Position numbers and translations under genes: made by a program
Notes under the pieces: model-generated
What the model saw: only the letters and a program-made list of their open reading frames with translations
Database searches by the model: none
What the model was told of the DNA's origin: nothing
Shown here: positions 1 through 13,430 of the stretch, in pieces
Layout: every line of letters begins with the position of its first letter
Numbering within the stretch: the first letter of the stretch is position 1
Assembly (NCBI GenBank): GCA_964016885.1
Contig: OZ024740.1
Location: 243,288,001 to 243,352,000 of the forward strand
Direction: 5' to 3'
From: Eledone cirrhosa
Taxonomy: Eukaryota
Length of the DNA stretch: 64,000 bases

Positions 1-1035
1 TCTGTGATCAATATTGCCTTGGTCTTGAAGCGTTGGGGGTGGGGGCTTGGTTTCGCTTGCCTTCACGTAGTTCGCCGTAGAAAACTGCCTTTGGCATCCT
101 AGAGTCGTTCATGCGCGAGGCATGACCTGCCCAGCATGCTCTCAATGCTTGTGATATCGGCCCTCTTGAGAACTTCTCGTTTGTTACATAGTCCTGCCAA
201 CGTATGCCCATAATGAAGCGAAGCCATCGCTAATTGAATCTTTCCAGTAGCTTGATCTGCTTTCGGTACAGGACACAGCTTTCAGCTCCGTAGAGGAGGC
301 TAATGATTACAACAGCTCTGTAAACTCTGATCTTTGTTGTGAGGCGTAGAGAGTGGTTCTGCCACACGCGTCTCTGCAAGCGTCCGAATGAGCTGCTGGC
401 CTTGGCAATGCGGTTGTCAATATCCTTTGCTGGGGTAGCGTCATTGGTAATGAAGCTTCCCAAGTATGTGAAGTGCTCCACTGCACTGAGGGTGCCCATC
501 GATGTTAATTTGCGGAGGGTGGTACTTTTCATTTGCTGGCTTCCGGGACATGTTTTCAGGTTTTTTTTAGGTTGATAGGCAGCCAAGGCCTTTCTCCTGT
601 CCGAGCAAAGCAGCTGGCGGCTACCTGGAGATCTTCCCCCGTTTGCGCCAAAAGGGCACAGTCGTCTGTTAACTGCAGATCCAGGATCAACTCCTCCAAT
701 GTTTTGGTGCGGGCGATCAGTCGTGCAAGTTGAACACACTCCCATCAGTACGGAACCGGATGTAAAAGCCCTACAACAGATCTTTCTTCGTTTCGCAGAG
801 CATCGTGCTGAAGAAGATTGCAAATAGGGTTGGGGCAAGGACTCGGCCTTGTTTCATGCCATTCTCGATTGGAGAGACCACCATTGTGCTTCACCCGCCC
901 CTGCTGGAGCATGGTCAGGAATTTTGACGGGCATCCAAGTTTGCTGAGGATCTTCCACAGTCCATCCCTACTGACTATCAAACGCCTTCGTCAGTTCAAT
1001 GAAGGCAGTGTACAAGGCCATATTTTGTTCCCTAC
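1..1035 (-). mobile_element. Decayed RTE-clade (BovB-like) LINE, RT and C-terminal part
   Basis: Frameshifted peptides SRDGLWKILSKLGCP, VEHFTYLGS, RIAKASSSFGRL, LLYGAES, RMPKAVFYGEL. Confidence 0.9.
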
Positions 1036-2840
1036 ATTTTTTATATCATTAATTTAATAGTTCCTTATATACAATGATTTTAGTGATAGTTGTTCCTCTT
1101 TGTTTTCCTTGCTTATAGGTATTAACTACCCTAAAAATGTTAATTTCTAAGTGCATGTGTAAATTGATGATTTTTTTATAATCATATATTAATTTTTTAA
1201 ATTAATCTTCGCTTTTCCTATCTAACCACAACAAGTGTGTGTGCGTGCGTTTGATCATGTCAGTAATGTACTATAATCAAATAAGTTTCTGTCTGTCTCA
1301 TAGAGTTACTACTTTCACTTCCCATCAACTCTCAAGTAATCCACCTTCTCTTTTGTTTGCTTCATAACATTACTGCTTCCATCAACACACAGAAATTACC
1401 TTTCTTTTGTCCCACATCGCTACTCCCCCTCTCAACATTTGTTTCTCCCTCTTTCTTCTTCCTTACTATTACCCCCCCCCCCCCATCAAGATTTTCTTTT
1501 TAACCCTTACGCCAACCGCATCACATAGGTGATTATATTATCTTTACCTCCATGTACAAATGACATTTTCTCCTTAATAAAATGTGACAATAGTTAGAAT
1601 GTATCTCTCACAGTAATATATTTTCTTTGTAAAAAAAAAAAAAAAAGATATCGCTATATACAGAATAAACTGCTTAAATCTCTTATCAAACCAAATTTAG
1701 ATAAATATCAAGATCGATAATGTCTATATGTAGATATTCCTCTCTTATTTGGTCAACCCCATTTCTATCAAATCATTTCCTCTTCATTAGTTTACTTTTA
1801 TTCTATTTTCCGCTCTGTCTTCTCTCAAACATCTTATTTTACTCTCGCTTTTCTTTCTCACAGACATTGTTCTATTTGATCCTGCCTCTCATTTTTACTG
1901 TGTGTATCACTTTGTTTTTGCATTTTTATACATTGTAAATATATACAAGAGAACCTTAAATGTGAGGAAATCAGAAAACTAAAAGGCAGTTTTAAATAAA
2001 CAAGCAAGAAAGACTGTAATCCCGAATTACAATCTCTTAATTTGTTCACTACATGAAGCCAACTTAACATTACTACGTTGAAAAGATGTTGCATACAATA
2101 ATTCAAATATTAATTACAGAAAAAAATGTAATACAGGAAATGTTCATCCTGTTTTATAACATGTCACGTAAACGAAATGTTCTCGAACAATTTCTCGGTG
2201 AAAAAAGGGGTTGAACATAAAATGTTCATATGACAGTCGAGAAGTTATATCCAACAAAAGGGGTAAACTATGACCGCAAATTCATATTTACCGAGAGAAA
2301 GTGTTCAAAGGTAGGGTGAGTCTATTCTACAAATGTATAACATCTGTGGCAGCGAAGAGAGTTTTCAATAAACTTCGCCTCGCTAATTTAGAGTTCAGAT
2401 ACAATTATTTTTGTCATTTGTAACTGACTTGAGGTACCTGACTTGGCCCGGGAGAACAGTCAAGAGAAGACGGATAAAAGAGAAAACGACTGGATGTGTT
2501 GTCTGGTTTACAGTATGAGGTGAGACCGTAATATGTGTGACATAAAAAAAAATTCTGTGAATGTCACAATGTCTACTTGTCCCTTTATTTCCAAGTCTTT
2601 TTTTTTATGTTGTTCGTGAGTTTGTCTTTCGCTTGAAGATTTCAACCGTTTGGTGGACATTATAACTCCCCCAATAGATGAGCGGTGTTTTGGTGACATG
2701 ATGAAATTAATTTTCTTTGAAAATATAATGGAAAAAAAACCCCACAATACAAAGCAATATTAAAAAAAAAACACAGAAATAAATGTAAATAGCAGCCTTA
2801 GAGAATACGTGGACAGTCTGTCATCTGAATTAGGTCAATA

Positions 2841-3235
2841 ATTGTTTCTACTATAGGCACAAGGCCAGCAAACACCCAGTACATTACTGGCACTTTATTT
2901 TATCGACCCCGTAAAGATGAAAGGCAAAATTAACCTCGGCGGGATTTGAACTCAGAATGGCAAGGGCCGTAACTCTGCGTCAAAACATAGCGTCCGACCC
3001 TCTACCGATACTGCCAATAATGATTTCCAGAATAGCCACAAGGCCAGTAATTTGGGGGGAGGGGAAAGTCGATTAAATCGATTCCAGTACGTTACTGGTA
3101 CTTTATTTCATCAACCCCGTAAGGATGAAAGGCAAAGTTAACCTCGGCGGGATTTCAACTCAGACCGTAAAGGACCGCAACTCTATGCTGCAAGACATGG
3201 TGTCCGACTTTACCGATACTGCCAATCCACCGTCC
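2841..3235 (-). mobile_element. Two adjacent copies of tRNA-derived SINE family 1 (Deu/Nin-like core)
   Basis: Reverse complement of the ~190 bp unit at 31034-31219 (A box TGGCAGTATCGG, B box GAGTTCAAATCC, core GCCTTTCATCCTTACGGGGTCGATAAA). Confidence 0.88.
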
Positions 3236-3427
3236 CGAATTAGGTCAACAATAACATGACACCATCCTGAAAAAGCTAACTTAATATACATTGTAGATTA
3301 ATTTCAAATAGTATCAATTTTTTTCTTTGTTCTGTAAAATCAAAGACACGCACACACGCTCACTGAAAATCTAAAATTTTGTATGTCTGTGAGTGTGTGT
3401 GTGTGCACGTTCATTAGGTACGTGATT

Positions 3428-3463
<36 letters not shown>

Positions 3464-3778
3464 CTACACATATGTAGCGACTGACCAAAAATGAGGTTAA
3501 AAGCTATGCGTGAATGTATATCTGTGTGTGTCTGTCTTAGTATATGTATATGAAAGTGTGTGTAGCAACAATTTATTCATTTTGACACCAACAAAAAAAT
3601 TACACAATGAAGAATATTGTTTATCTTAAGGTGCTTCAAGATTGACAGATTTTCGTTTCTAAAGTCTATTATCATTGCAATTTTGATATTTTTTTAATAA
3701 AAATATAGATATTTTGAAATAATGAGAAAAAACATATTTTCATATTTATTGTTCACTAATCTGAATAAGAACAGCAGT

Positions 3779-3808
3779 AACCCGGGCAACGCCGGGTAGT
3801 TCAGCTAG
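3779..3808 (+). mobile_element. Helitron 3' terminus
   Basis: GC-rich hairpin ACCCGG-GCAACG-CCGGGT, a short spacer, then CTAG|T. Confidence 0.7.
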
Positions 3809-3849
3809 TATATATAGATTGCTCAAGGATCCCCAAATTGCTGTATTGT

Positions 3850-4800
3850 ATCTCATATTAAAGTCGGCGAACAAGAAAAAACACACTATCAAATTTCCCC
3901 TTATGATGAATTTCTTGATACAGCCAGACTGTGAGGGGTAGCCCACTGCGTCAGAAAACTCCAGTTCCAATTCAGAGATGAATTTAGAGTTAGAGGAACT
4001 AGAGCACCCAACGACCACCGGTTGAAGCATATGATAGTCGAATAAAGTGCTGAATTTTCCGGACTTCATCACCTCGGCATGCATTATTTCCATCCGAATG
4101 TTTTGATAGTCTACAAGCAGTGGTATCCAAGTGATCTATGAATGTGCTACACTTGCAACGTAGAGAAGCACATATTTGGAGATTCTTGACAAATGGTGAG
4201 AGAAAAAGCAGGAATCCAGGCTCCCGATTCTGGAGACCTAACAGTGTATTCAACTTTATTGAGCAAATCAACAGCCCTTTCACAAGCAATGTCATCCCAT
4301 GATCTCTTACTCTCCTTCAGCTCAAGAAGAGGCCCATGAACCAATGTCCACTCCAATAGCACGTCCGGAGAGGCAAAAACGTGGAGAGAAGACAGAAAGC
4401 AAGATAAGAAGAGATCATGCAACGAACGGACACCCAGGCTTTCATATCTTATAGTTAAGTTGACTTGTGTCCTGGCTAGATCAGATAGATCGACGTTGGT
4501 AAAGGAGAAAAACAATCCTGTATCAAATAATCGAATTGGGACAGACACGTAGACGATTGATATAAGGGGCTGGAACGAAGGTAAATCATGAAAAGGAGGC
4601 TTAAGCTTTCTTGAAGCAAGAAGAAAGCCTAATACATTTCGATATTTTAAAGACTGTCGACCATGCGTGACAAAAAAATATTTTGTCATTAGAGGAGTCA
4701 AGGCGTACGACATGAGGACAAAATTCAATTTGAATGGCAGAATGGCTGCAAACGTTATCAAGGACAATAGGCCGTTAAATTGGAATCCAAAAATTACTTG
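3850..4800 (-). mobile_element. Highly decayed CRE-like non-LTR retrotransposon (post-RT region and RLE end)
   Basis: TQVNLTIRYESLGVRSLHDLFLSCFLSS, VRSPESGAWIPA and AEVMKSGKFSTL..YHMLQPVVV parallel the CRE-type peptides at 23431-23766 and 45822-46064. Confidence 0.6.
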
Positions 4801-5646
4801 AAATAATCTGCGAGAATGATCTAATAAATTTGGCGATAGAATGAATTAGATGAGTCGTTGCTTCTCCACATGTTTTCGAAATGGAATCGTTGAAACGTTG
4901 TGGGAAGAACCTGCCAATGTTGGATCCAGAATCTTTTGGGAGTTAAAGAGCATTGCATTGCAGACTGCCTGCTCAGTGACTGAAATAAATTAAGCATTTG
5001 TGCGATGGCGGATCGTGAAAATCCAAATCATTTGGCTAATGGGATGCTTCGACTGAAGTTGTGCCAGGGAACGCATACATGTTTAGAGGGTGTATAGGAG
5101 CAGTCAGACGAAAAAACTGTACTGCACCTTACACACTAAATCCCTGCAGTTTTCTATTGATAGTTAATTTGAGCTTTTTGTGCTCGATGTCTGAAGAAGG
5201 CTTAAGTGCTGGAAAAAGTGTTCATGTTGGTGTGAGAAATAAATTAACAAATTTTTAAAAGTATGCGATCACCCCTACTCCTCGCATAGACCCCCTCCGC
5301 TCAATTCTGCGTTTTGAATACAGAAAATTTAAGGAACTGTAAACTTGTTTTAATACTATTAACTTGGTTAAATATTACATATAACTTTTTATAAATTATA
5401 TGCACACACCCAACACATACACACACACACCTGAAAAAACAGTTATTGGAATATATTTATTTATATAGTTTGTATTAATTTTTTTTAGAAAAAAAAAAAG
5501 AAAGCCTATATTAAGAAAAGCACTTTCAACGAATAAATAATGTAAATTCTTAATGACTATTATGATATGCAATAAAAAAAAAAAATTTTTTTTAAAACTG
5601 CACGAACATCAAACGAAATACATGAACAGTGAACACCATAAAATAA

Positions 5647-5835
5647 GCAGTGGATTGGCAGTATCGGTAGAGGGTCGGACGCCATGCTTTTCAGCAAAGA
5701 GTTACGGCCCTTTATGATCTGAGTTCAAATCCCGCCGAGGTTAACTTTACCTTCCATCCTTACGGGGTCGATAAAATAAAGTACCAGTAATACACTAGGG
5801 TATTTGCTGGCCGTGTGCCAAAAGTAGAAACAATT
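5647..5835 (+). mobile_element. SINE family 1, full copy (partial copy also at 6161-6248)
   Basis: A/B boxes and core match the other copies. Confidence 0.88.
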
Positions 5836-6081
5836 AATAGTATTTACTATTTAATTAAATGACATTTGTCTTGATTTCTGTACATTTAATATGAATTTGA
5901 GACTATTTTCGTAGCCTATTCTGACTTCAGAAGCTTTTGTCACTAAATTGAAAGCATGCTCGACTCCTTGGCTATAGTAGGGAAGAGGTTTTTCACGTTT
6001 TCTTATGTATAAATAATGGCCGGAATACATCAGCCTTTGATGGGGTCATTGCTGTAGGAAATTCTGCAGGAAATCCAATGT

Positions 6082-6157
6082 TGAATTACGGCTTTTACTT
6101 CTAGTTGCCATTATATAATTTTATATAATGGCAACTAGAAGTAAAAGCCGTAATTCA
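6082..6157. repeat. Perfect palindrome, 37 bp arms, 2 nt loop
   Basis: TGAATTACGGC...TTATATAA-tt-TTATATAA...GCCGTAATTCA. Confidence 0.95.
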
Positions 6158-7248
6158 CCATTTTATCGACCCCTTACGGGGTCGATAAAATAAAGTACCA
6201 GTAATGCACTGGGTAATTGCTGGCCTTGTGCCTAAAGTAGAAACAATTATATAATTTTATATACTTAAATTATTACAGTTTAAACTTGCGTAGGTACTTT
6301 TGTAAAATTATAATACAATTTAGCTCTGAAATAACCTGAAAAACAAAAAAAAATCATTTAACAAATGTATACATTTTGTAAAAAAAAATAATTTAACACA
6401 TATTGAAAAGTTGTAATTTTACCATGTTGGAGGGGTACCTACCTACCAATTGTCTTATATTTCAATGTTTTTGCTATCTTTAATCATCAGATGTTGTAAA
6501 CAAGGTTTCTACAGTGAAATATGATCAAATGTTTCATATCCATATACAATTTAGTATATATGTATTAGAGATTATAGGATTAATATAGAAAATTAGGGTA
6601 TCAATTGTGGGGGTGTATGCGAGGTGTACGGTGTTCACATAACCCTAATTTTCATATATTTTATTTAAAATACTATTTGAAACGCTGTGCATACCGTGGA
6701 ATTAAGGTTCCTTAAAAATAGTTGTTTCGACCCCACCTACTGCACACTCCAGTATGCAGTCGTTTGTCATGTGACAATCTAGACATGTAGCACTTTCTCC
6801 ATGGGTGTGGTCCGTGAACAATTTATTGTAGTGTATTTTATGTTCTTTGCAGTTTATCATAGGTTGTTGTGACAAAATTGGTTGCGCGCTGTAGCACTGG
6901 CATAATGCAATATTTAAACAAGTGCGTAAATAAATATGACAAATGCACATACATAGATACATAGATACATACATAGATACATAGATACATAGATAGTTAG
7001 ATAGATAGATAGATAGATACATAGATAGATATATTTCTTTATTTACCATAAAGGCATAAAAAGAAGGGACAAATACAAAGGGGGAGTTTACATAAAACCG
7101 AGTAAAAAGGGTATAAAATGAAAATAATCAAAAACAACCTCAAAAGGGAGGGGACGTGATGGGGGTTGCACACACCCCCGAAAAAGTGTGCAATCCTTTG
7201 CCCGGGGAGCACATGGAGAAGGTGCTCCCCTCTCCTTCACTTCTTTAC

Positions 7249-10200
7249 CTACAGGATGGTATACAGAGAAGGCCCATTTACACGAGCCATTCTCGCCACT
7301 ATCACCCACCTTTCATAAAACTGCCTGTGGCCAAGCACCTCTCTCTCTATTCTCATCCTTCTTCCGAAGTGATATCAGAAGAAGTAGACCAGACTATGGC
7401 CAGAGAGGAAGTTGCCTGACCTCAGACCTTTCAATAGTGTCCACCAAACAACCTCTTTCAACATGGCTATTACGCACAGAAAAACCGCCTTTGCTTCCTT
7501 TGTGAAGAGGGGAGGCGGCTTGATTGTCATCACGGACTCGGCGGTCAATCGAATCGGCGCCACCCGCGACAGCAGTCGTTCGGCGTAGCCCCACAGATCA
7601 GTCACGCCCGGACATTGCACCAATGCGTGCGCAACGGTTTCTTCGTGACGCACGCATCTAGGGCAAATCTTTTTCGAGGGATCCCTGCCCGGGCGCCCGT
7701 GTCTGTAGAGCTTTTCTCGAACGCGTAGAGCCCCCCGGTAGCACTGCCAGGCCAGTGACTTCTGGAAGTTGTCCATTGGTCCCGGGCCGAAAGTCCTACC
7801 GAACAGGCTGGCCAGTTCGTCCTTTTCCATGTCCAGCGACTCTCCAAGGGTGTCATCGCCCCTGCTAGCCACCAGCCCTCTATAGAATGACGAGGTGGAT
7901 TCTCCACCGATGGCCGGGTCCGCTTGCCAGAGAGCCCTGAGCGCCTGGGCACACTCAGTGTGCCAGTCGCCCAGTTTTCCGGATCTTTGCTTGACCCAGG
8001 ACTGCAGCTCGGTGAGCGAGACGAGTCTCGGAAAGGCTCGTCTCACGAACGGAGCCCACATCGGTTGACCAGTGAGGAATACCTGTAGGTGCCGTAGCCT
8101 TAATGCGTGCCTACGCATCATCAACCACGGCATCCCCAGCCCTCCTTTCGAAGGTTGTTGGCAGCAGATGGATCTTCTCACCATAGGAGGGCGCTTTTTC
8201 CAAAGAAATTGAAAGAGCATGCGTTCCATGGTGGTGAGTGTTTCCTTAGGGCAAGGCGGTAGTACGTGACGGACGCTATGTAAATGTTCGCCACCTCCGC
8301 CCGACCTTTCGGGGACAGCTTACACTTGGCCCATTTCTGGGTCAGTGCAAACACCTTGCTCGTAACCTCGCCCCAGTTCTTTTCCACCTGGAGGTCCGGT
8401 CCAAACCAGACTCCAAGCAACTTCACCGGGCCCTCCGTCCAGTGTCCGACGACACCGTCGGGAGGCATCGGTCTGCCTCTCCACGTTCCGAGTTGCAGCC
8501 CGATGGATTTTTCCCGGTTCAGTTTCGCTCCTGACAATCTTTCGTATTCCTCCAGTAAGGTGCCGATCGCCTCGATCTCCGAGTCGGTCGATATCATTAC
8601 TGTTACGTCATCGGCGTAGGCCGACACCGCTTTGCTCAATCCTGGTTCCAGGGGGATACCCTGCAACAACTCCAACTTCCTCAGTAAAGGCTCGAGAGTC
8701 AATACGTACAGAAGGGAGGAGAGAGGGCACCCCTGTCGAATGGATCGTGTGATTTCGAACGGCTTCGAAAGGTAGCCGTTCACCTTGATCCTAGAACAGA
8801 TGTGGTTGCTATGTAAGGCAGTGATCCAGCCTCTGAAAACAGGACCGAACCCAGCCGCCGCTAGCACCGCATCCAGGTAACCATGGTCGACCCTATCGAA
8901 CGCCTTAGACTGATCCAAGTTGATCAGGGCCCGACCGAAGCCGGGTTTGTTGCCAACCCTCTCTATGATGTATCGCATGAGGTGGAGGTTGTCGTGAATG
9001 GACCTGGATGGGATAGCACATGTCTGCGCATCTCCCACTAGGCTACCTACGACAAGCGCCAACCTCTTTGCTAACACCTTGGCCAAAATCTTTAACTCTG
9101 TGTTTAGCAGGGTTATGGGCCGAAAATTATTTATACTATCCCCCTTGTTCTCGTCCTTCCTCACCAGCGAGACTACGCCCTTGGCTACAGAACAAGGAAT
9201 TCTCCCGTTCTGCTGCCAATTGCAGTAGACTGCTTCGAGGAGTTCGGAGAAGAAGACCGGCATTGCCAAATAAAGTTCGTAAGGTATACCATCGAGACCT
9301 GGAGATTTGCGTCTGCTGCATTGGCTCAGCGCATCCCCGATCTTATCAGCCGAGATTGGTCCCTCGCAGGACTCTGCCTCTTCGCTCGAGAGACGCGGCA
9401 GGCCGTCGAGGTATGGACCGAAATCCACGTCCCCGCCCGGACCCCCGCCTTCCCCGAAAATTCGGGCAAAGTGCCTTTGAAAGGCCTCGCACATCGGCTT
9501 AGGCTCCCGGATCACCCGTCCATCCTCGTCTTGCAAAGACCGGATGGTGGATCGATTTCCACTCTTAGCTTCTGTCACGCGGGCCCAGCCAACGGCTTTG
9601 GCCCCCTCATTACCTAGAGCACGTATTTTACTTCGAATGGCGCAGCCTTCGTGCTTTGCATCGAAAAACTGGCTCAAGGCCGTCCTCGATGCCAGCACTC
9701 TGGCCACATCTTCGCTCTTGATTGCCTCTTCTAATTTACCTGTTAATTCTTTCTCGTTCCTATTCCTATCGGCAGCTAACATCTTGCTATAACTTATTGA
9801 TTCTGTTCTAATCTCTCTTTTGAGAGAAGCCCACCATCGGTTGTTGACGATTGCACCCGTCAACCTCTCCTTAACTAATCTGCTAATTCGGTCTCTGTAA
9901 GCCTCTTTTGCCGGTAAAGACAAATTAAGTTTCCAGTAATCGGGACCCTGTCTATGTATTCTCTCAAGGTTGACTACGCAGGTCACTAATTTGTGATCTG
10001 TATAGCCAACCGTGAGCATTTCTGGACAGCTTAATATGTCCCTATCCTTACTTCTAACTAAGAATCTATCTAAGTACGATCTAGATTGACCACTGTGGTT
10101 CGTCCAAGTCCAGGTTGGCACAGTTGGAAAATCTAGTCGATATCTATCGACCAAGTTAAAACGGTCGAGTAACCCCTTGAGGCTGTTACACCCCCCTCTA

Positions 10201-10666
10201 TTAGGACATGCTCCTGCATAGTCCCAACGTGCATCTAGGATGTCATTCCAGTCCCCCGCTAGAAGCAGGGAACGCGACGTTCCCAGAAAAGTCTGCAGAC
10301 GCTGGAAGAAGTCGGGTCGTTCAGCTCCGAAAGGGGAGTAGACGGCGACCAGTCTCGAGGCCGCACCTCCACTACTGCCAACGTCTAGCACCAACAAACG
10401 ACCTTCCGGGTCCGAGTGAACAACCTGTACGGCGAGACCCAGGTGTTTTTCCAGCAGTACGACAACCCCACCCCCACCTCCAGGTTGACAGAGAGATGCG
10501 TGCACCTCAAAGTCATCGAAGGTAGGGGCCAGCTGCCGCACGACGCTGATCCGAGTCTCACAGATAACCATTACATTTATACCACGTGACCTGAGGTCAT
10601 TTAGAAGCTTTGCTTGCTTCCAAGTTGAGCCCAGGCCACGTGCATTCAAACATCATACTCTTAACA
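7249..10666 (-). pseudogene. Tx1 copy A ORF2 (APE-RT-zinc finger), frameshifted
   Basis: ORFs 8178-10649 and 7375-8229; early TGA replaces the Gly codon of LRVGCLNARG seen in copy B. Confidence 0.9.
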
Positions 10667-10705
10667 CATCTATGTGGGCGGCAAAGCGAAAGGAGAGTGT
10701 AGAGA

Positions 10706-12440
10706 CCTACCTTTCTGCTTCCCGGGGTTCGGGTCGTACGACTTCCATGGGGTCGGGGGTGTTGGGTGAAGGGGTGTCTTGTGTTGTGGTGGTGTGGGGT
10801 CGTCAGTGTGTGGTGGGGTTGGGGTGTTTGGAGTTGTGTTGGGGATGGGGAAGGGGAGGGGGAAATCTTTTTAGGAGGACGCGGTTTATGGGTTTGACAG
10901 AGGGTGGTCCTACGTCCTCCTTAAAATCCTTTTTTAGTTTTTGGTAGAGGTTCATTGGGATCTTTATTAATTTTAAATGTGGGTAGTTTTCTGAAGAAAC
11001 AAAGTTTACCCCCTTCGGTTTGTACCGAAGGGTTATTGTTTATGAGTTAATTTAATTTATTATTGTTTCTGTTGATGTAAGTATAGTGTAATGTCTTTTT
11101 TTCGGATGGTGTGAGTGTTTCGAAGAGGGGAGGGGAAGGTTTGGTTTTGTTTGTTGCTGGAGGGGTGTTTTGTGTTTTGTTGGATTGTAGGGGCTGTTTG
11201 GCCTTGTGTGTTTTGCACATGTTTTCTTTTTTTCCTTTTAATCTGTCTGAAGGACTCCGTTTCTTCCTCCGAATTCGTTGGGTTATCTTCAGTGTTGGAG
11301 GGAAGAGGTATGTTTGCTGGTAATGTTTCCGTGTTAGTTTTCTTTGTGGGGGAGATGGATGTCACTATGTTAGACTGTGTTGTGTGTTGTGGCTGCGGTG
11401 GTTGTGTTGTTTTATTGAGCGAGGGGTTGGGTGGGACTGTGTTTTGTTTTGGGGTAATGTGTTGTGTCTTTTTGTGCTGTGGTGGTGGTGTAGTTTTACT
11501 GAGGGACGGGTTGGGTGGGACTGAGTTTTGTTGTTTGTTTATCTGTTGTGGTGGTGGTGGAGCTGGTGTTGGTAGCAGGGTTTTCTTCTTGTTGAGTTGG
11601 GGACAAGCCGCCTTCAGGTGCCCTCTGCCTGCACAGATATGACAGGACGGCCTTCTCCCCTCCACGCTAATGATTATATACCCGTGGCCCTCTAATAGGA
11701 TTCTGTCGGGTATTTGGGCAATGCGTTCAGGCTTCATTTGCACCACAAGTTCTATACCTGTTCCACTGAACGCATTGCCTGTGGTTTTCCCAATGGAAAT
11801 CACGTTGTCATTCGCTGGATCGATGAAGCCAGCTATGAGCCAGCAGTAGTCCATATCTGGCATCATCGCATCCAGCCATATGCGCTGAGTTCTTTTACCC
11901 ATATAAGATGGATATAAGGTAAAATTTGTCGAACGAATCGGCGACAAAGCATATTTTTGCCGTCGATTCGTTCTTCATAATAATGGCTAGGCTTCCATAC
12001 AGCCTGTCTCTTCTTATGAAAGTGGCTTCATTAAGTACTTCTCTAAGTACCGCTTTAGTTTCTGCTTGTGTTGGTTGTTGTGGGTTTTTTTAGATGCTGT
12101 TGATGGTGCGGAAAACGACCGTCCGACTTTCAATATCTTTGGTGAGTTCTTGGGGCATTTTTACTGACAAGGGTCCATTTTCCCCCTTGAGTTATGAATT
12201 GTTTGGCGTTTTTTATTCTTTGTGCGACATCTGAAATATTTTCAGGTATGTATGTTAAAGATTTTTTTGTTGTTTGTGCAAATGAGATGTTATTGGTGTT
12301 GACTTTGTTGCTGTTTTCAAATGTTATTTTTGTGTTTGTTGTTTCTTTGTTTGTGGTATTAATATTGTCATGCAATTCTTTCATATTTTTTTTGTTGTTG
12401 GAATCAATCTCCAGACCTGTGTCCTCGTCGACATTTTTCT
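10706..12440 (-). pseudogene. Tx1 copy A ORF1 (CCHC knuckle, Pro/Thr/Gln-rich linker), frameshifted
   Basis: ORFs 11060-11947 and 12130-12384, homologous to copy B ORF1 (ELVVQMKPERIAQIP, VEGRRP). Confidence 0.85.
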
Positions 12441-12860
12441 CCGCACATTCGTCTGTTTTTCTTTTATTTTTTCTTTCCTTCTCTATGACGTTAGTTGGGA
12501 AGGAAGGGGGGACTAAAGCGTGCGAGCTTACAACTCTTACCGCTGTCCCCCACCACTATTTTCGTTAGCTTCGTTTAACATTTCTCCCAGACAATTGAAA
12601 TTTTATGCAACAAAATTTTTAAAAACAGGTTTTTCACCCCTGGGAGGGGCGAACATGAGCTGACCCACCGCCTGACAATTCAGACGGGGGGTCAAGATAC
12701 ACAATAGTATCAAAATTAAAATTAAACTTACAAAATTTCCGCAATAAATTGGAACAAAACTTCTGCGCGAAGTGAATTACGTCTACGCTATCGAACAGAC
12801 GACAGCTATATATATAGATACATAGGTAGATAGATACATAGATAGATACATAGATAGATA

Positions 12861-13382
12861 TATTTCTTTATTAGCCACAGGGGCACAAAAGAAGGGGACA
12901 AATACAAAGGGGAAAGTTTACATACAATAAAAACGTGTAAAATGTTATCACAAATGCAATTTAAAAAGTTAATCGATTTTCCCCAATAGAGGGAGACAGT
13001 TTATATGGGTAACACATACCCCCGAAAAAAATGTGCAACCCTCATCTCCAGGAGTACGAAGAGTTTGTACTCCTTTCCTCTCCTCCTCCTTTTCCTCAAC
13101 CTACAGGCTGATATAGAGAGAAGGCCCATTCACTCGGGCCATTCTCGCCACTTTCACCCACCTTTCATAAAACTTGCTGGGGTACAGCACCTCTCTCTCC
13201 ATCCTGATTCTTCTTCCAAAGTGGTATTTGAAAAAAAGAATCAGTTGTTGGCCGGAGAGAAAGGTGTCTGACCTCAGCCCTTTCAACCTTGTCCACCATA
13301 CAACCTCTTTCGCCATAGCTATCACACAAAGGAAAACCGCCTCTCCTTCGTTTTTGAAGGAGGGTGGCGGTTTGATCATGAC
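12861..13382 (-). mobile_element. 5'-truncated Tx1 copy (ORF2 end + 3' UTR)
   Basis: IKPPPSFKNEGEAVFLCVIAMAKEVVWWTRLKG; same AATAAAGAAATA terminus as copy A. Confidence 0.9.
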
Positions 13383-13430
13383 AGATACATACATACATAC
13401 ATACATACATACATACATACATACATAGAT

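Larger units (their letters stand above)
7033..12806 (-). mobile_element. Near full-length Tx1/L1-clade LINE, copy A (ORF1 + ORF2, disrupted)
   Basis: ORF1 has the zinc knuckle CHICAGRGHLKAAC; ORF2 has APE endonuclease (LAGDWN, SYLDRFL, YTDH), RT (FRPITLLN, KAFDRVDH, RQGCPLS, AYADD) and C-terminal CPRC..ETVAHAL..C; bounded by GATA-type microsatellites. Confidence 0.95.

Noticed and set aside
6488-6700. Further hammerhead candidates near 6488, 5985-6040, 24979 and 59118, and the inverted repeat 6588-6653
   Set aside because: Core words are present but helices I-III cannot be closed convincingly
10669-10712. Splice-donor-like AG|GTAGGT at the Tx1 ORF1 stop (AG|GTAAGT in copy B), suggesting ORF1-ORF2 fusion
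   Set aside because: The 41 nt candidate intron in copy A gives an out-of-frame join, and copy B lacks the acceptor
11111-11642. Cys/Gly/Val-rich plus-strand ORFs (also 17391-17825)
   Set aside because: Antisense shadow of the low-complexity Tx1 ORF1 linker
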